DNA of 61,606 bases, filler included, from Circinaria calcarea (GCA_051942165.1; 16 parts of 16 records of this genome joined end to end with filler, not necessarily neighbours in it), one strand, 5' to 3'. Shown: positions 24,200 through 36,788, counted from the whole stretch's first letter. Made by a program: numbers and translations. Notes: generated from the sequence alone by a model not told the origin.

Positions 24200-25076
24200 T
24201 TATAGAAAGTATAAAACGGTATACCAAAACACAAAGATAAGAAAAATTCCATTCCAAGCCTTTAACCTGCTAGCAATGCTGGAAGACGCTGATGTAGTTA
24301 CAGTGACTGTTGCAATTGACTCCGCGGTTTTTGTAGGTGTAGATGTGACACTAGCTATGGGCGGCTGGGTAGTTGTTATTGATTTTGTAGGCAAATCGGT
24401 AGATGCTGTTGTAGATATATCAGCTTTACATTGATTTGATAGCGAAGGACGATAAACTACCTGCAAACTCGGACACTAGCACCGTGATGGTGGAAGCGCC
24501 TCCAGCGGTCGTGGAGGTGACAGAGGAAGCCGCTGATGACCCAGTATCGGAGATACAATTTCCCACGCAGAAGGGATTCTTGACATAATTGAAGGTCAAG
24601 ATACCATCGCTGGGACTGTTGCTACCCTCGTCCACAAAATGAATAGGAACACTGCCGCAGGTCGTACAGCCATGTTTCAGAACGGCGTCTGTCAGCGGAC
24701 GGATCTGCCCCAAGGTAAGAGCGGTGCCTTGCGGGAAAAGACAGATGCCGCCTTCCTTGATACTGCCGCTCAGGCTAAAGGTGACGCCCAAGCCACCGAT
24801 ATCGGGCCCTATCCCGATAGTGATGGGCTGCGACTGGGATACGCAGATGATATGATCGCCACTGTTGTAATTGGTAGTATTGGGAAATGTCGAGTTCCAG
24901 ACCGCGTCCCTGAGGACCTGGATCACGGATTCCGAGGCTGCGTTGTTCCACGTCGCACGTGGGCACAGGCCGGATCCACGACAGTTGATGCCGAGGGTGG
25001 AGACACGGCCAACATGAATGATGGTGATGGCAAGAATGCGGGACACGGGAGAACGAAAGAATAAACCTGTTATCAT
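24200..25076 (-). CDS. KP4 killer-toxin-like protein with Ser/Thr stalk and GPI-type C-terminus, 2 exons (25076-24461, 24405-24200), 273 aa
   Basis: Signal peptide then LGINCRGSGLC..HGCTTCGSVP..GILTFNYV (KP4 hallmarks, 8 Cys). Intron 24460-24406 (GTAGTT..GCTGAT..ACAG) joins in frame to STDLPTKSITTTQPP..SSSIASRLKAWNGIFLIFVFWYTVLYFL*. Confidence 0.85.
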
Positions 25077-25374
25077 TGCGGAATCTTGATTCTTGAATAG
25101 CTAAGATGCCGTGGGCTGTACCATGAATAATAAGAATATCGCTACAAGGCTACAGAATTGTATCAAAACAAATTATTATCGTCGGGTTATGGTACACTGC
25201 ATAAAAAGTCACAGTAATAATTCAATGGCGCGGAGCGACATGAATAGAGCGTGTGTTTTGCTCTATATCTCAGCGGAAATTTACAAATTTGTACCCCAAG
25301 GCAGAAATAGTGGCTTCACCAGCCTAAGAACAGTGATCTATATAGAAGCTTTTATCGCATATTCGCTGTAATAT

Positions 25375-25505
25375 GCCACTGTCGTATAGCAGGGCACTGG
25401 CGCAAGGGTATTGGCGCAAGGGCACTGTCGTGATGTTGTTGGCGTAATATGACCTTCCACGACAGCGAACCTTTACGACAGTGACCTTTTCACGACAGCG
25501 AGCAA
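25375..25505. repeat. Fold-back cluster of short direct and inverted repeats
   Basis: CACTGTCGT twice and TGGCGCAAGGG twice on the left; ACGACAG[C/T]G three times (inverse of CACTGTCGT) on the right. Confidence 0.6.
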
Positions 25506-25716
25506 TATGCGATACGGTATACAGCCATTAAGCTCGAGCCGAAGGCCCCCTGGCAATAGTGCTCTCGCTAGGCTATTCCCGAGGTGGGGTATAAATTTGT
25601 AAATTTCCGGTATCTCAGCCATCCCCTGATTGTTATCCCATATACACACAAGGCGTTTCCCTCTCTCGCTGGCGCTCATTCGGGAGGTAGGCTTCGCTAC
25701 CGCGTGGTATTATATA

Positions 25717-26066
25717 AAATCCCCAGCTTTAATTGCTCTTTCAATTTTCAACGAAATTTTAATAATAGAAGCTCAGATTGTAGTGCTGAATAGGTGCTTT
25801 CGAATGCCGTTTTGTTTGCTAAATTCGGTAGTGGAAATAAAATCATATTTCACTGCGAATATGACGGTGGAAAACATAATATACGTGCTTCCACTTTGCG
25901 AATACTACGCGAAAACTACATGGAATCCCCACCTTTAATTTTTCCATCGATTTTCAATAGAATTGCGTGTATAGAAGCTCATATTAATGCGCTGAATGAG
26001 CGCTTTCAAACGCCGTTTCATTTTCTAAAATCGGTAGCGTAGAAAAAATCATATTCAACTGCGAAA
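25717..26066. repeat. Diverged direct repeat, period 206 bp
   Basis: AATCCCC..CTTTAATT, GAAGCTCA (25768 and 25974) and AAATCATATT..ACTGCGAA each recur at 206-bp spacing. Confidence 0.75.
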
Positions 26067-26293
26067 ACTATTGTATGCGTGGCGGAATGATTCGCGAAAT
26101 CCACTGCAGCGCTGCCAGACATATTATTCCCCGGATCAAATTATTCTACGAATAACGCCTCAAAATGCGATATTGAAACGGTTATTTTATCGTTGCATTC
26201 AGCTCTATTTAATGCCGTTTTAATATTAAAAATCCGTCGGTGGCGCATGGAGTAATATCGCTGCGAAATGGTGGGTGATAGTAAATTGATTCT

Positions 26294-26835
26294 TCACGTG
26301 ATCTGGGGTTTTCAGCTGGACCCTTTAAAATTTTAATATACCCTTCCGTCTTGCTCCCACGCATACCTATATATTCAATGCGATATAAGTATTGCGCCTG
26401 CCTATGGATTTTTGATAATAAGGGCTCATATTAATCCTTAAATCAAGCCCTTTAACTTGGGTCTTCATTCTTTAAAAGTTATTGATTTTTGGTGAGTGCA
26501 TCGAGACTGTAAATGCGGATTGCCTTGGGGATCGAGTTTTGAAGTTCCTCACGTGATCTGTGTTTTCCAGCTGGACCCTTTAAAATTTTAACGTACCCTT
26601 CCGCCTTGCTCTCACGCATACCTATATATTCGATGCGACATGACTATTGCGCCTCCTGATAGATTCTTATAAATAAGGGCTTATTTTGATCGCTGAATCA
26701 AGCTCTTTAATTTGGGTCCCCATTTTTCAAAAGTTATTGATTTTTCGTGAGTGCATCGAAACTGTAAGTGCGGACTGCTTTGGGGATCGAGTTTTGAAGT
26801 TCCTCACGTGATCTGGGTTTTCCAGCTGGACCCTT
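26294..26835. repeat. Tandem repeat, 255-bp unit, about 2.1 copies
   Basis: TCACGTGATCTG..CAGCTGGACCCTTT starts at 26294, 26549 and 26804; units are collinear throughout with scattered substitutions. Confidence 0.92.
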
Positions 26836-27092
26836 TGTTACTCTTGGCACTTATTATTTTGTTACTTCTAATAGGAAGGAGGTGCATTACAAGGAGGGCG
26901 CTACGTCTTCAACAAACTGCACGGTATGAACCGGAATATATATATGGATAAGTGTTACTGAAATACTATGTTGATATTATGAAATACTATGTNNNNNNNN
27001 NNNNNNNNNNNNNNNNNNNNNNNNNNNNNNNNNNNNTTAATTAATTAANNNNNNNNNNNNNNNNNNNNNNNNNNNNNNNNNNNNNNNNNNNN

Positions 27093-28423
27093 AACGCTCG
27101 AGTGAATACTATACGCCTGAGTGACGTTAATGCCGTCGGGACTGGGGTTCTTGTCTTCTGATTCCTTTGGAGCCACATGCTCAGCATGCACCTGTGAGCT
27201 CGCCACCGCGTGACCTTCGACATGCGTGCCCAGCACGGATGAGAAGTTATCGTCGTGTAACCGGTGGAAATTCCGTGACTTTGTATTCTTCAAAGCCGGA
27301 CTCAAGCGCAGCGATTCTTCTTTCCGACATCCGGACCCGCTTCCTGAATTTCCCATAAGAGATTTGGCTCAGGAAAATACGGGCGAGTTGATTACCTGGG
27401 CGCCGGCTGGTCGCATGATTGGTAGGGAAGCGAGAACGATTCCCAGCAGCGGTTCCAGAGCGCTGAACAGATACAATAAACCAACGCTATAGGTGAAATC
27501 GTCACTTTCGAGACGTTGCCAGAAAGCGATGCGAAGGAGGGAAATCACGCAGATCCTTTAAATATATGTAAGCTCTATTGATTAAATTAGTGAACGTAGA
27601 ATCAGACTTACAATGTTCCGAGGCTAAATATGATAGATAACTCGATTTTCTTTCTCGTGGGCATTTGCAATCCCCAAAGAATGGGCATCGGTAAAATCGC
27701 CAGAGAAATATTGATTACAAAGGTGGCGGTATGGGCTACTATGTAGACAGATATTGTATTTCCACAACGACCTCCAGGAATGGTTTTATTCCAACTATAA
27801 CTCACAGGTTGGCAGATGAGAAATGCAACCAAGATATTATAGGCAAAGAAGAGGGCGCAGACCACCATGCCTCCATAGCAAACTTTGCGGAATTTGGGCG
27901 ATCGGAAGATGTTTATATAGAGATCGAGAATAGAAAGCTTCACCAAGGTGATTGATGAAATCCAAAGAGGTTGGATAGCCACAAAGGTCTGCACAACTAC
28001 TTAGCTCGATGATCTCAGGTAGACCATCACTCGGCCGGGCTCACTTTGCCGAAAACCATCAGCTTTCGAGGTTCGGTGATCACATCGAGGGTGTGCTGGC
28101 CGAGTCCTCCGGAAACCACCGCTGACGAGAAGGGACAGATTAGCCAGGTTCCAAATCTGAAGATATCAAGGCGACACTTACCTGTAATAATAATGGCAAC
28201 GAGAGCCGTTGAAACCGCCTACACGGTTGTCATTAAACAAGCATAGACTCGGCTTTCCTGATTCCCGTACCAATGCCAAGATAATGAGATAGTCGTTGGC
28301 AACGAGAGGCCGTTTCTTCAGGCGCAGAGACCATATCCGAAGTGCAACGGCGACCAATGCCAAAGCTTCGAATATAACACTGACTGTGACAAGCATGACT
28401 CCCTGGCCGTTGACTTGCTCCAA
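27093..28423 (-). CDS. Second PTH11-like rhodopsin-domain membrane protein, multi-exon, 3' truncated, start uncertain
   Basis: VALRIWSLRLKKRPLVANDYLII; GLGQH; VKLSILDLYINIF; LICQPVSYSWNKTIPGGRC; LPMPILWGLQMPTRKKIELSIIFSLG; LEPLLGIVLASLPIMRP. Confidence 0.85.
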
Positions 28424-29733
28424 CCAACCTCGCTTTTCCTAAATGTAGGAGCTTGAGTCAACGAGGCAGGAAAAAGTTCCATCATAAGCCATGGAAAATA
28501 AGGCTGCCCTGGTCGTAGTCGGAGATGGGGGGATACGGCAAATCTTGGGTCTCCCGAGCTGGACCCCACTTTTGCATGCATATACTATAGGCTATGTTGC
28601 ATTATATACACGAATCATATGTCGGATAAAGCTGCTGAGGAGGAGGAGGTTGATGCCTGCCAGAGTTAGGTGCAGGGAGCTGAACTAGTATTGGGTGGGT
28701 AAAAATCCGCAGCGTCTGCTCCGAATAAATTTGGGCGTCCCCGAGAGAGTGCGGGTGGGAACGGTAAACTCAAATCGTTCCCTGAGTTACACCTAGCAGT
28801 TTATGTGGTCGGTGCCGAGTATAAGGTATTGTGAATTGCTGGGGATACGGAGCTGAGCGTCGGCTTCAGTCTAGAAGTCGGATGGCCAAGGATGATGACT
28901 TACATAAGGGATAGTGGGCCAAACGAGATGGGGGTTTTGTGGCGGACAAAGATAGCAATAATAGTAAGCAGCCACCTACGCTGGTTGCTGAAGAGTCGCC
29001 ATCAGCTCACAGCAGGCCATCCAATGAGAAGGAGATGGCTTTGATACGCTGCAGTGGACCACATGGATGAACTCGGAACGGCCCATAGCTTTGCAACGGG
29101 GATCGTTAATCGGGCTTAATCGTGACCTTTTTGGGGAAAAGCAGAATTCGCCAAAGAATTTCTGGGAAATAATCACTACTACAAGGTACGGATAGGTCCG
29201 TCGACCTGCTTCCAAACTGTACAACAAAAAAACAGCAGTTTCGACGCTCTCGGTGAAGCTGCTGTAGCATCTCAACCTAACTAATACATCTGTACAACCA
29301 AATGGACGTCGCCCCTGATCGTCGGCCTTGCCTGAGCTGGAAGATGATGCGTTAGCAACTGGCCAGTAAGTCGGATTAGGCTGCTACACCTACCGAACAC
29401 GACCAAACACTGTGAGCTAAGGTAGGGAAGAGATACCGTTGTGACAAACTATCACATCTGCCAGGACCCCCATTGTCCGCTTTTCCCTCTCTTGTTGTTA
29501 TTGCACTCTATCGATCGGTCGTACTAGGTCATACGGTCTTTCTGTCGCCGCATTGAAGCCCTGCCCTTGCTTTGCAGTATACTGTCTCGCACATAAGCCC
29601 TGTAGTTTCCTTGCATTGCTTTTGCTTTTCTTCCCCTTCCTCAGACGGAGATTACTGCCTAGAATTCCTTATATCCGTTCTCAATCCTCCTCCATCCCTT
29701 CTCCATATCTCCACCCCTTTCATACACCTCGCC

Positions 29734-30653
29734 ATGTCTTCTCCCAGCCTCCCTACCATCTTCCTTATCCCTGATGCCTTTCTGCCGCCCTCCTGCTTCG
29801 ATACCTTCCTGCCTCACCTCTACTATGTAGGCTATACTACCTCTGTCGTCCTCCTACCGAGCCTCAACTCGTCAACTCCCACAACCGCCACTTGCGAGGA
29901 GGACATCTTGCAATCCGCAATACCGTCCTTATCCCCCTCATCGAAACCGAAGTTAAAAGAAGTTCTCCTCCTGTTGCACTCCTACGGCGACGTGCCTGGC
30001 GGAGTTGCAGCTGCAGGTTTTGGTAAGTTCACATGATTGATGCAGGGAAAGGAGGGGTGGTATCATCGATTCCGATCTACCTTACGGCAAAAATCTGTAC
30101 CCGAGAAATCTGGAAAGCCAATTCCCAACGTTGATCACAACAGATACCGTACGCAAGAGCTTTCCGTGTTTGCAGTTACGGCCTATGGTAATTCTTTTTT
30201 AAAGCGTAACCAGCACGGAAAGCTAGCACCGACTATTCTCCTTCCGTATTCTCTAGCCGTCTCTTGGCTTATCAACTATTGAACCTGCGATCCCTATCGT
30301 CTTCGAGTCTTTCACTTGCCACCCAACCCTAGCGGCTTCTTCTCTGCTACACGCATGCCATGCCCGCCTTCACATCTCCATCTTCAGCTCCCGCAAATGG
30401 GCGGAGCCTGCGTTCGAGGGTCGCGAGACGCTTTTATCCGGTGCAACAAGGACCAAGTGTCTCACCAGCAACTTTGCAAGACTCATCCATTGAAAGTAGC
30501 GAAGTCAAATGGGATGTACAAGACTGTGAAGGTAAGCCATGGGCGCGTTTAGACGTCGAGGGCGAGGAGGTTGCTGGGTTGCTGGTGGAATTCTTGCAAA
30601 AAGCAATGGGTAAACCCAAAGAAACAGAGACATTTATAAGGGAATGGAGATAG
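29734..30653 (+). pseudogene. Degenerate alpha/beta-hydrolase (Abhydrolase_6-like)
   Basis: MSSPSLPTIFLIPDAF..PSLN..TCEEDI..KEVLLLLHSYGDVPGG (nucleophile HSYGG altered to HSYGD); fragmented over several frames with stops; downstream MPAFTSP..ESSEVKWDV fragments. Confidence 0.7.
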
Positions 30654-30948
30654 TTGTTTGGGATTCGGTGATATCGCACGCTACTCGCTTCATATTTAAA
30701 GACTACCACTTTACGTGTTTGATTACGCCCGAAATAAATCCTCACATAGAGGTAGATCTCCATGTGGTTTTGGTCGCTACCCACACCAGCTTTGGAATCA
30801 ATATTGAATTTTATTTTGAAAATATTCCCACTTCATTTATCAATGGTANNNNNNNNNNNNNNNNNNNNNNNNNNNNNNNNNNNNNNNNNNNNTTAATTAA
30901 TTAANNNNNNNNNNNNNNNNNNNNNNNNNNNNNNNNNNNNNNNNNNNN

Positions 30949-31076
30949 GAAAGGTCCAATTGGGTGTCTGAGGCATCGTTTGTTGTTGTCACTAGGCTAT
31001 TAGCGAATGATGTAGGGGAGAAGTTTGGGTCGAGGAAAGTTTCATAGTCGATGTAGGAAGGCTCAGCCTCTGCCAT
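30949..31076 (-). CDS. COG5: Conserved oligomeric Golgi complex subunit 5, N-terminal fragment
   Basis: MAEAEPSYIDYETFLDPNFSPTSFANSLVTTTNDASDTQLDLS resembles the Pezizomycotina Cog5 N-terminus; truncated by contig edge. Confidence 0.75.
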
Positions 31077-31552
31077 GATTGCTTGTAGGTTCTCTGTCTA
31101 AGCTCTTTGTGTAGCTAGAGTTATATAAGTTGTTCATATGTTGAGCATGGGGATCATGGCACAAGATAAATGGGTATTTATTGAGCTTGGGTCTATTTTG
31201 GTCAACGGCCATATTAGGGCAACCAAATTACGAAGTATGGCCAATGAACATTTGATATGTGCTCTCATGTGATTTGCTAAATTGCCGTTATATTCCATGT
31301 GTTGGTCCAAGTTACTGGGAAAGATTCGGTACCGGAAGCAGTTTACATTCCTGATGACTGGAATGATGATTTTTCCTTACTTTAGTTGGATGAATTGAGC
31401 TTTGTCCCTCTATATAATATGCTATGACTCTGTTATCAATGATTTTTTGTGTTCAGAGGTCTGAAGAAGTAGTTTCACATCCTTTTTTGACATTTGCCTT
31501 CCAGTCGACTGGACGCAACCCCTGAAAAGGCCCAGACGACTGCCTCCTCGAA

Positions 31553-32193
31553 ATGTTCCTCTTACTACGGGTTCTCGCCGTTTTACTTATTGGCCTCCCT
31601 CAGCTCATAGCTCAGCCAACCAGCCATCCCAACCTCCACAAACGACATCGACATCACGCACGCGCACCCCTTCATGCGATGAGCGCGGATAAGACTTTAA
31701 CACAATTCCCAATAGGAGATCCCAAACCGGTAGCCTCGGTGCCAAGTTTCGTCAGATCAGATGCGCTGGTCAGCCTTTACTTCAGTTCCGTCCCAAAATG
31801 GCCGAAGAGCGGCGAGCAAGCAGACTTCATAACCATTCCCCTGGATACCTGGATCAAATCTGGTAAATGATACTCTGTATTCATCTCCGCCTCCATTACT
31901 AAACGGATAAAGGTAGTCACCCTGAGCTTCCCCGCCGGCCAATGAAAGCGCAGATCGTTGACGTCCACCATCAAATGAATTCCGACGGTGTTCAGAGACC
32001 CTATGAAGCCGCAAAGCATGTCATATGCCACGTATACACAATTCCAATTGATCTTGATTTGAATCCTTTAGGAGCCAGGTCTAGTCAGGTCTCGACATCT
32101 TTCCGAATCGAGGACCGACTGGTTAGTTTGGAAAGTCCGAGTACGCCATGGTCTATAGGCGGGAGATTGGTAGAGAAGCTTATATGCGCATGA
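31553..32193 (+). CDS. Small secreted hypothetical protein, 2 exons (intron 31863-31912)
   Basis: Signal peptide MFLLLRVLAVLLIGLPQLIA; Kex2-like HKR site; a GTAAAT..AAG intron joins ORFs 31553..31870 and 31942..32193 in frame; two Cys in the mature C-terminal half. Confidence 0.65.
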
Positions 32194-32303
32194 GTTTAAA
32201 TTATGTATCTCGTGGACTGGCAGACCAGTGCCACATTGAGAACATAAGAGCACCGAGTTTTCGAAAGGTTGCATGATGTTATATTTTGTCGGCCTTGCAT
32301 TTG

Positions 32304-33010
32304 TCATCCATGGCCATCATGAGATTCTTTCAACCTAACCATCTCATATTCTCCACCCCCATCTCGTCCTCTTCCCCCTCCTCTTCCTCTACCAAAGTCC
32401 ACCGGACCTGCTGAGTCTTCAACGTCCCCATCATTCTCCCCAACTAGCCCCGGTGTGGCTTTGGCCTTTCCGCCAAAGCTCATTGGACGCATCTCGCGCC
32501 ATTGACAGCTCCAAATTCCTAGGGATGTCATAAGGGCTGCGCTGCAAGCCTGGAGCGTCCACCATAGTAAATTTGTCGGGAGGCCGCGAGTGTACAGCGA
32601 AGTGACTATCAGATGGATGAAATGAATGGTAAGAGCAAAGTCAAGAACCAGCTTCGAACGTGCAACTAAAAGGAGTAGGAAGATGACACTAAAGGGAGGC
32701 GTCTGGTTAGCAGCTTAGAAATAGTCCATAGGAAAGAGCGAAGTAAAGTAAAGGTCCTTTACCCTATGAAGCTATTGAGCATCCAACAAAGCCCCAGTGT
32801 CCAGCCGACAGCGGTATCTCCTCTCAAACTTCGCCAACTTAGGATGAGGTCCGGGCTGAATCTTTTGCCAACTACCAGGGAAGTAAAAATTATCAGGACA
32901 GTGGCGCAAGCATAGTACGCTGCTTGTAAAGTAATAATCTGGGCCAGGATCTTCAAAGGGGAAAGGTCCGTAAGAGCTCCAGCTCGAGGAGGCCGCCGAC
33001 GCCTAACCAT
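32304..33010 (-). CDS. SYS1: Golgi integral membrane protein Sys1, 2 exons
   Basis: MVRRRRPPRAGALTDLSPLKILAQIITLQAAYY..VARSKLVLDFALTIHFIHL..WWTLQ..CQWREMRP. Confidence 0.9.
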
Positions 33011-33794
33011 TGTGACGCAAGGCGCTTTCGCGCAATTGTTATCGGAATAGCATAGCAAGGGCTCTCGGGTCTGTCTCTCTATCAGATCCAAGGACACTGA
33101 GCGTTACACTACTTGGATTCAGCTGTGGCTGACGCAATAAGATCTGGACACGTTTGTTCTTTGGTGCCTGACACGGCGAGTTTGATGTTTCGGGATTCGT
33201 GACAATGACCTCTTGGCAACTGGCAACTTACAAGACAGAAATCCGCTCTTAGCCCAGTCGGGACTCGCTTAAGGCTGCCGTTTTTAGCGGCCGAGAAACG
33301 GGGCTACCTCCGCTAACGCATCCATGTTTGAGATTCGATACTCTGTTTATCCCGGCATGACTCTGCTTTGAAGGTACCCCCCAGCCTACCGCGCAACAAA
33401 AGTCATAAGTTATTTACTTCAACTCAACCTGGTGGATGCTACGGAAGTATAGTAAAAAGCATTGTTTCCGATTCAATCGACAGGTCCCCCAGCGACCCAC
33501 CAGAACAATTGAGGGCATAGATATTGACAAATGAGCATCTTGAAAACGAATGTGCTGCAAGGATCTCGTGTTGACTGGCAGATGGACCTGAAAAGAGGAT
33601 ATCGAGGGTATTGATCTTGCACCCGATGAACTTCGACGATGAATCTGAGAACTCAAGACAAAAGAACAGGAGACGCATATTCTTAAAGACAAAGGGCGTC
33701 GAGGAACGAGATGTTCAGAGACCATAGGTTCTCGACGCAACAGATCTTGGATACGAGGGTAAGTCATGGCGAAAAGCCCGAGGTTCTCGATGTC

Positions 33795-33940
33795 CCGTAT
33801 TGTATCCGCCAGAGAGGAGCTGAAGATTGGATGACCACACGCGGCTGTGGCTGCTGAGCCTGGTTTCATTGAGCTGCGTCAATCTCAGAGAAGAAGACAG
33901 TATCCATATTGATGACTTCATCTGTCCCACTTGCAAGACC
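33795..33940 (+). pseudogene. Degenerate PHD finger (Spp1/Bye1-like) relic
   Basis: PYCIRQRGAEDWMTTRGCGC*AWFH, then a frameshift to SCVNLREEDSIHIDDFICPTCK; follows the YCIC..WMI.CD..C..WFH..CV......ID.YICP.C pattern with lost Cys, a stop and a frameshift. Confidence 0.55.
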
Positions 33941-34148
33941 AGGAACGATAGGGGCATAAAAGGCGGGGACAGGCGTGACCACAAACATCAAAATTTATAC
34001 GAAAGCTCAAAGGCTCGATCAAGGATTCTAGTAGTTACTTGCGTAGAGCGTTCACCCTGGCAACATTCTCTCAGTGGCGCGAGTCATGGCCTCCCATGCA
34101 GGGAATTCACCCTTGACGCACATTTTTTAAATTTCAAAGACATAGATA

Positions 34149-34700
<552 letters not shown>

Positions 34701-35640
34701 NNNNNNNNNNNNNNNNNNNNNNNNNNNNNNNNNNNNNNNNNNNNTTAATTAATTAANNNNNNNNNNNNNNNNNNNNNNNNNNNNNNNNNNNNNNNNNNNN
34801 GAAGGGGAGAGGACGGGGAGATGGAGGGGTTGGCAAGGGAGAGATGGGTCGAGGGATTGCAGAGAAGTTTGAGACTTGGCGTGCTAAGAATGAAATTCGG
34901 TATGTTAATCAGGCTTGATAAGGTACCCACACTGAGCAGAAGCAGGTATGAGAAACAGCCAAGCAAGTGTGAGGCGCATTAGAGATAACTTAAGGCACGA
35001 CACGTTTCCATGCCTGACTGGGTGAAACACCTCTGTCCTTTTCGAAGTTATCTAGTAGAAATGCCATGAAGTAGTCGAGGTGTATAGGAGCTGAAGTTTT
35101 GGATAGAGCCCATTTAGAAATCCGGAAAATGTTTTTTTTTTTTTTCAGATGCTACCCAAAGAGCGGTTGCCAAAAGACTTGACAGTGCTAATGGAAAGAC
35201 TAGAAAGGGTAGTGCGAGCGGGCGGTCCTTTGTGCATTTGGTTCGATATTGCCTTACCTCACACCAGTCTTCAAGTAGAGATCTGTCATCGATGCCAGTA
35301 GGGAGGGCCATTGTGTGCCTTGCGATAACGCCAGGAGCTGAATCGAATCATTTTGAGGCATCGGGGATTGTCCCGTTCGACCAGCTCTCCACTTTCAGGA
35401 CGTATCGCGTCTAAGCGGCAACTCTGATGCTAAAACTAACCCCAGCTAGCTCGCTAGAAATTTGCCGCCAATAAACTCAGATACGCTAAGGCTGAGATAG
35501 ATACGTGAGATTGTTGACACAGTCTGATCCCGATACAAGAAATGGCGTATCATAGATCGGTATGGAAATGATGGTCATACGAGTATGCGGTCATTTGCGG
35601 GAACATTGAAGTCTCATGACTCTATGCATGATCTCTAGGA

Positions 35641-36358
35641 ATGGGTTCATACTATGATATCGACGCGATCCTAACCGACGCTCAAAAGGTCCCATGTACC
35701 TTTGAGATCGACGTACCAGGCCTTGGTTACATTGGCGGCAATGCCGGTGGTGATGTGAATTTCCCTACACGTTATCCGAGACCATGAGTAATCTGATTCA
35801 GTTCCAGATGAAAAAAGGAAATCAGGTCTCTCTCCCTCTTTGGCTCGGCGGATTCCTGGCCCACCAACGCCTCGGATCTTCACAATGCGTGAACCTCGAT
35901 CTCCCTACGTCACTTTCTCCTCGCGTCCTTAATGCCTTGAAGGCGGACCCAAAGAGCGTGGACCTGCGGGCATTGGCATCTCATTTCTATGAGCTTGCCG
36001 CAAGAGTACTTGATTTGTTCGAGGAGGATGAGATCGTGGACGTTTTGAGCGAGGTATGCTATGCATAGCACCATACTCATCCATCCGGCTATGAAGGCGC
36101 TCTGATATATGTTGTAACGAGTTAGACGTTCAGGAAACGGGCGGCTGAGATAGCTGACCACGCTCACAACACACAAGGAGCGCTTGGGGAGGGTGTGGAG
36201 TTTTTGAGGGGCCTAGATGAAATGGAGAGACAGTGTGAGGACATCAGGGTATAGGTTTGGAAATCTGGGCTGATTTCCATATAATAGTGTTCCGATCTAC
36301 TCATGACAGCTCCAAAGCTATGCGAGTTTGGATGGGCGAATTGAAGAAGAAGTCATGA
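35641..36358 (+). CDS. PSF3: GINS complex subunit Psf3, 4 exons
   Basis: SYYDIDAILTDAQKVPCTFEIDVPGLGY..LPLWL..RVLNALKADPKSVDLR..TFRKRAAEIADHAHN..FLRGLDEMERQLFR; canonical introns. Confidence 0.93.
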
Positions 36359-36788
36359 AAGTGAACTGCGCAGATATTCGAACGGGATATCATGGGAATG
36401 GCCTCGCTGGGGTTTCTCAATGTACAAATGAATCAACACACAGTCGACAGGCGCAAAACATGTTCAGCTGAGCATCCCGGCGTCCCTTCAAGATTAATAT
36501 TGAGTCCGAGAGAAGAAAACCTCTCGCTCATACCGAACTTTATCTACGATACTTTTCAGCAAAAGCGGCCATAAGAGTTTTCCACGCTTCAGTGCGTATG
36601 ATAAAAATTAAAGTTGTGAGAGTAATCAAATTCACTATATCCTTCACCGATGGCCCCACGGAAACCTGACATACTGTCCATCCTACGTATTTCTAATCTA
36701 CTGCTCTCTATTTCTAATCTAGTTGGCGAAAACATCGGATCCATCAAGCAAAGTCCCCAAATAGGAAGAGGACATCAAGAAGGTCGTC

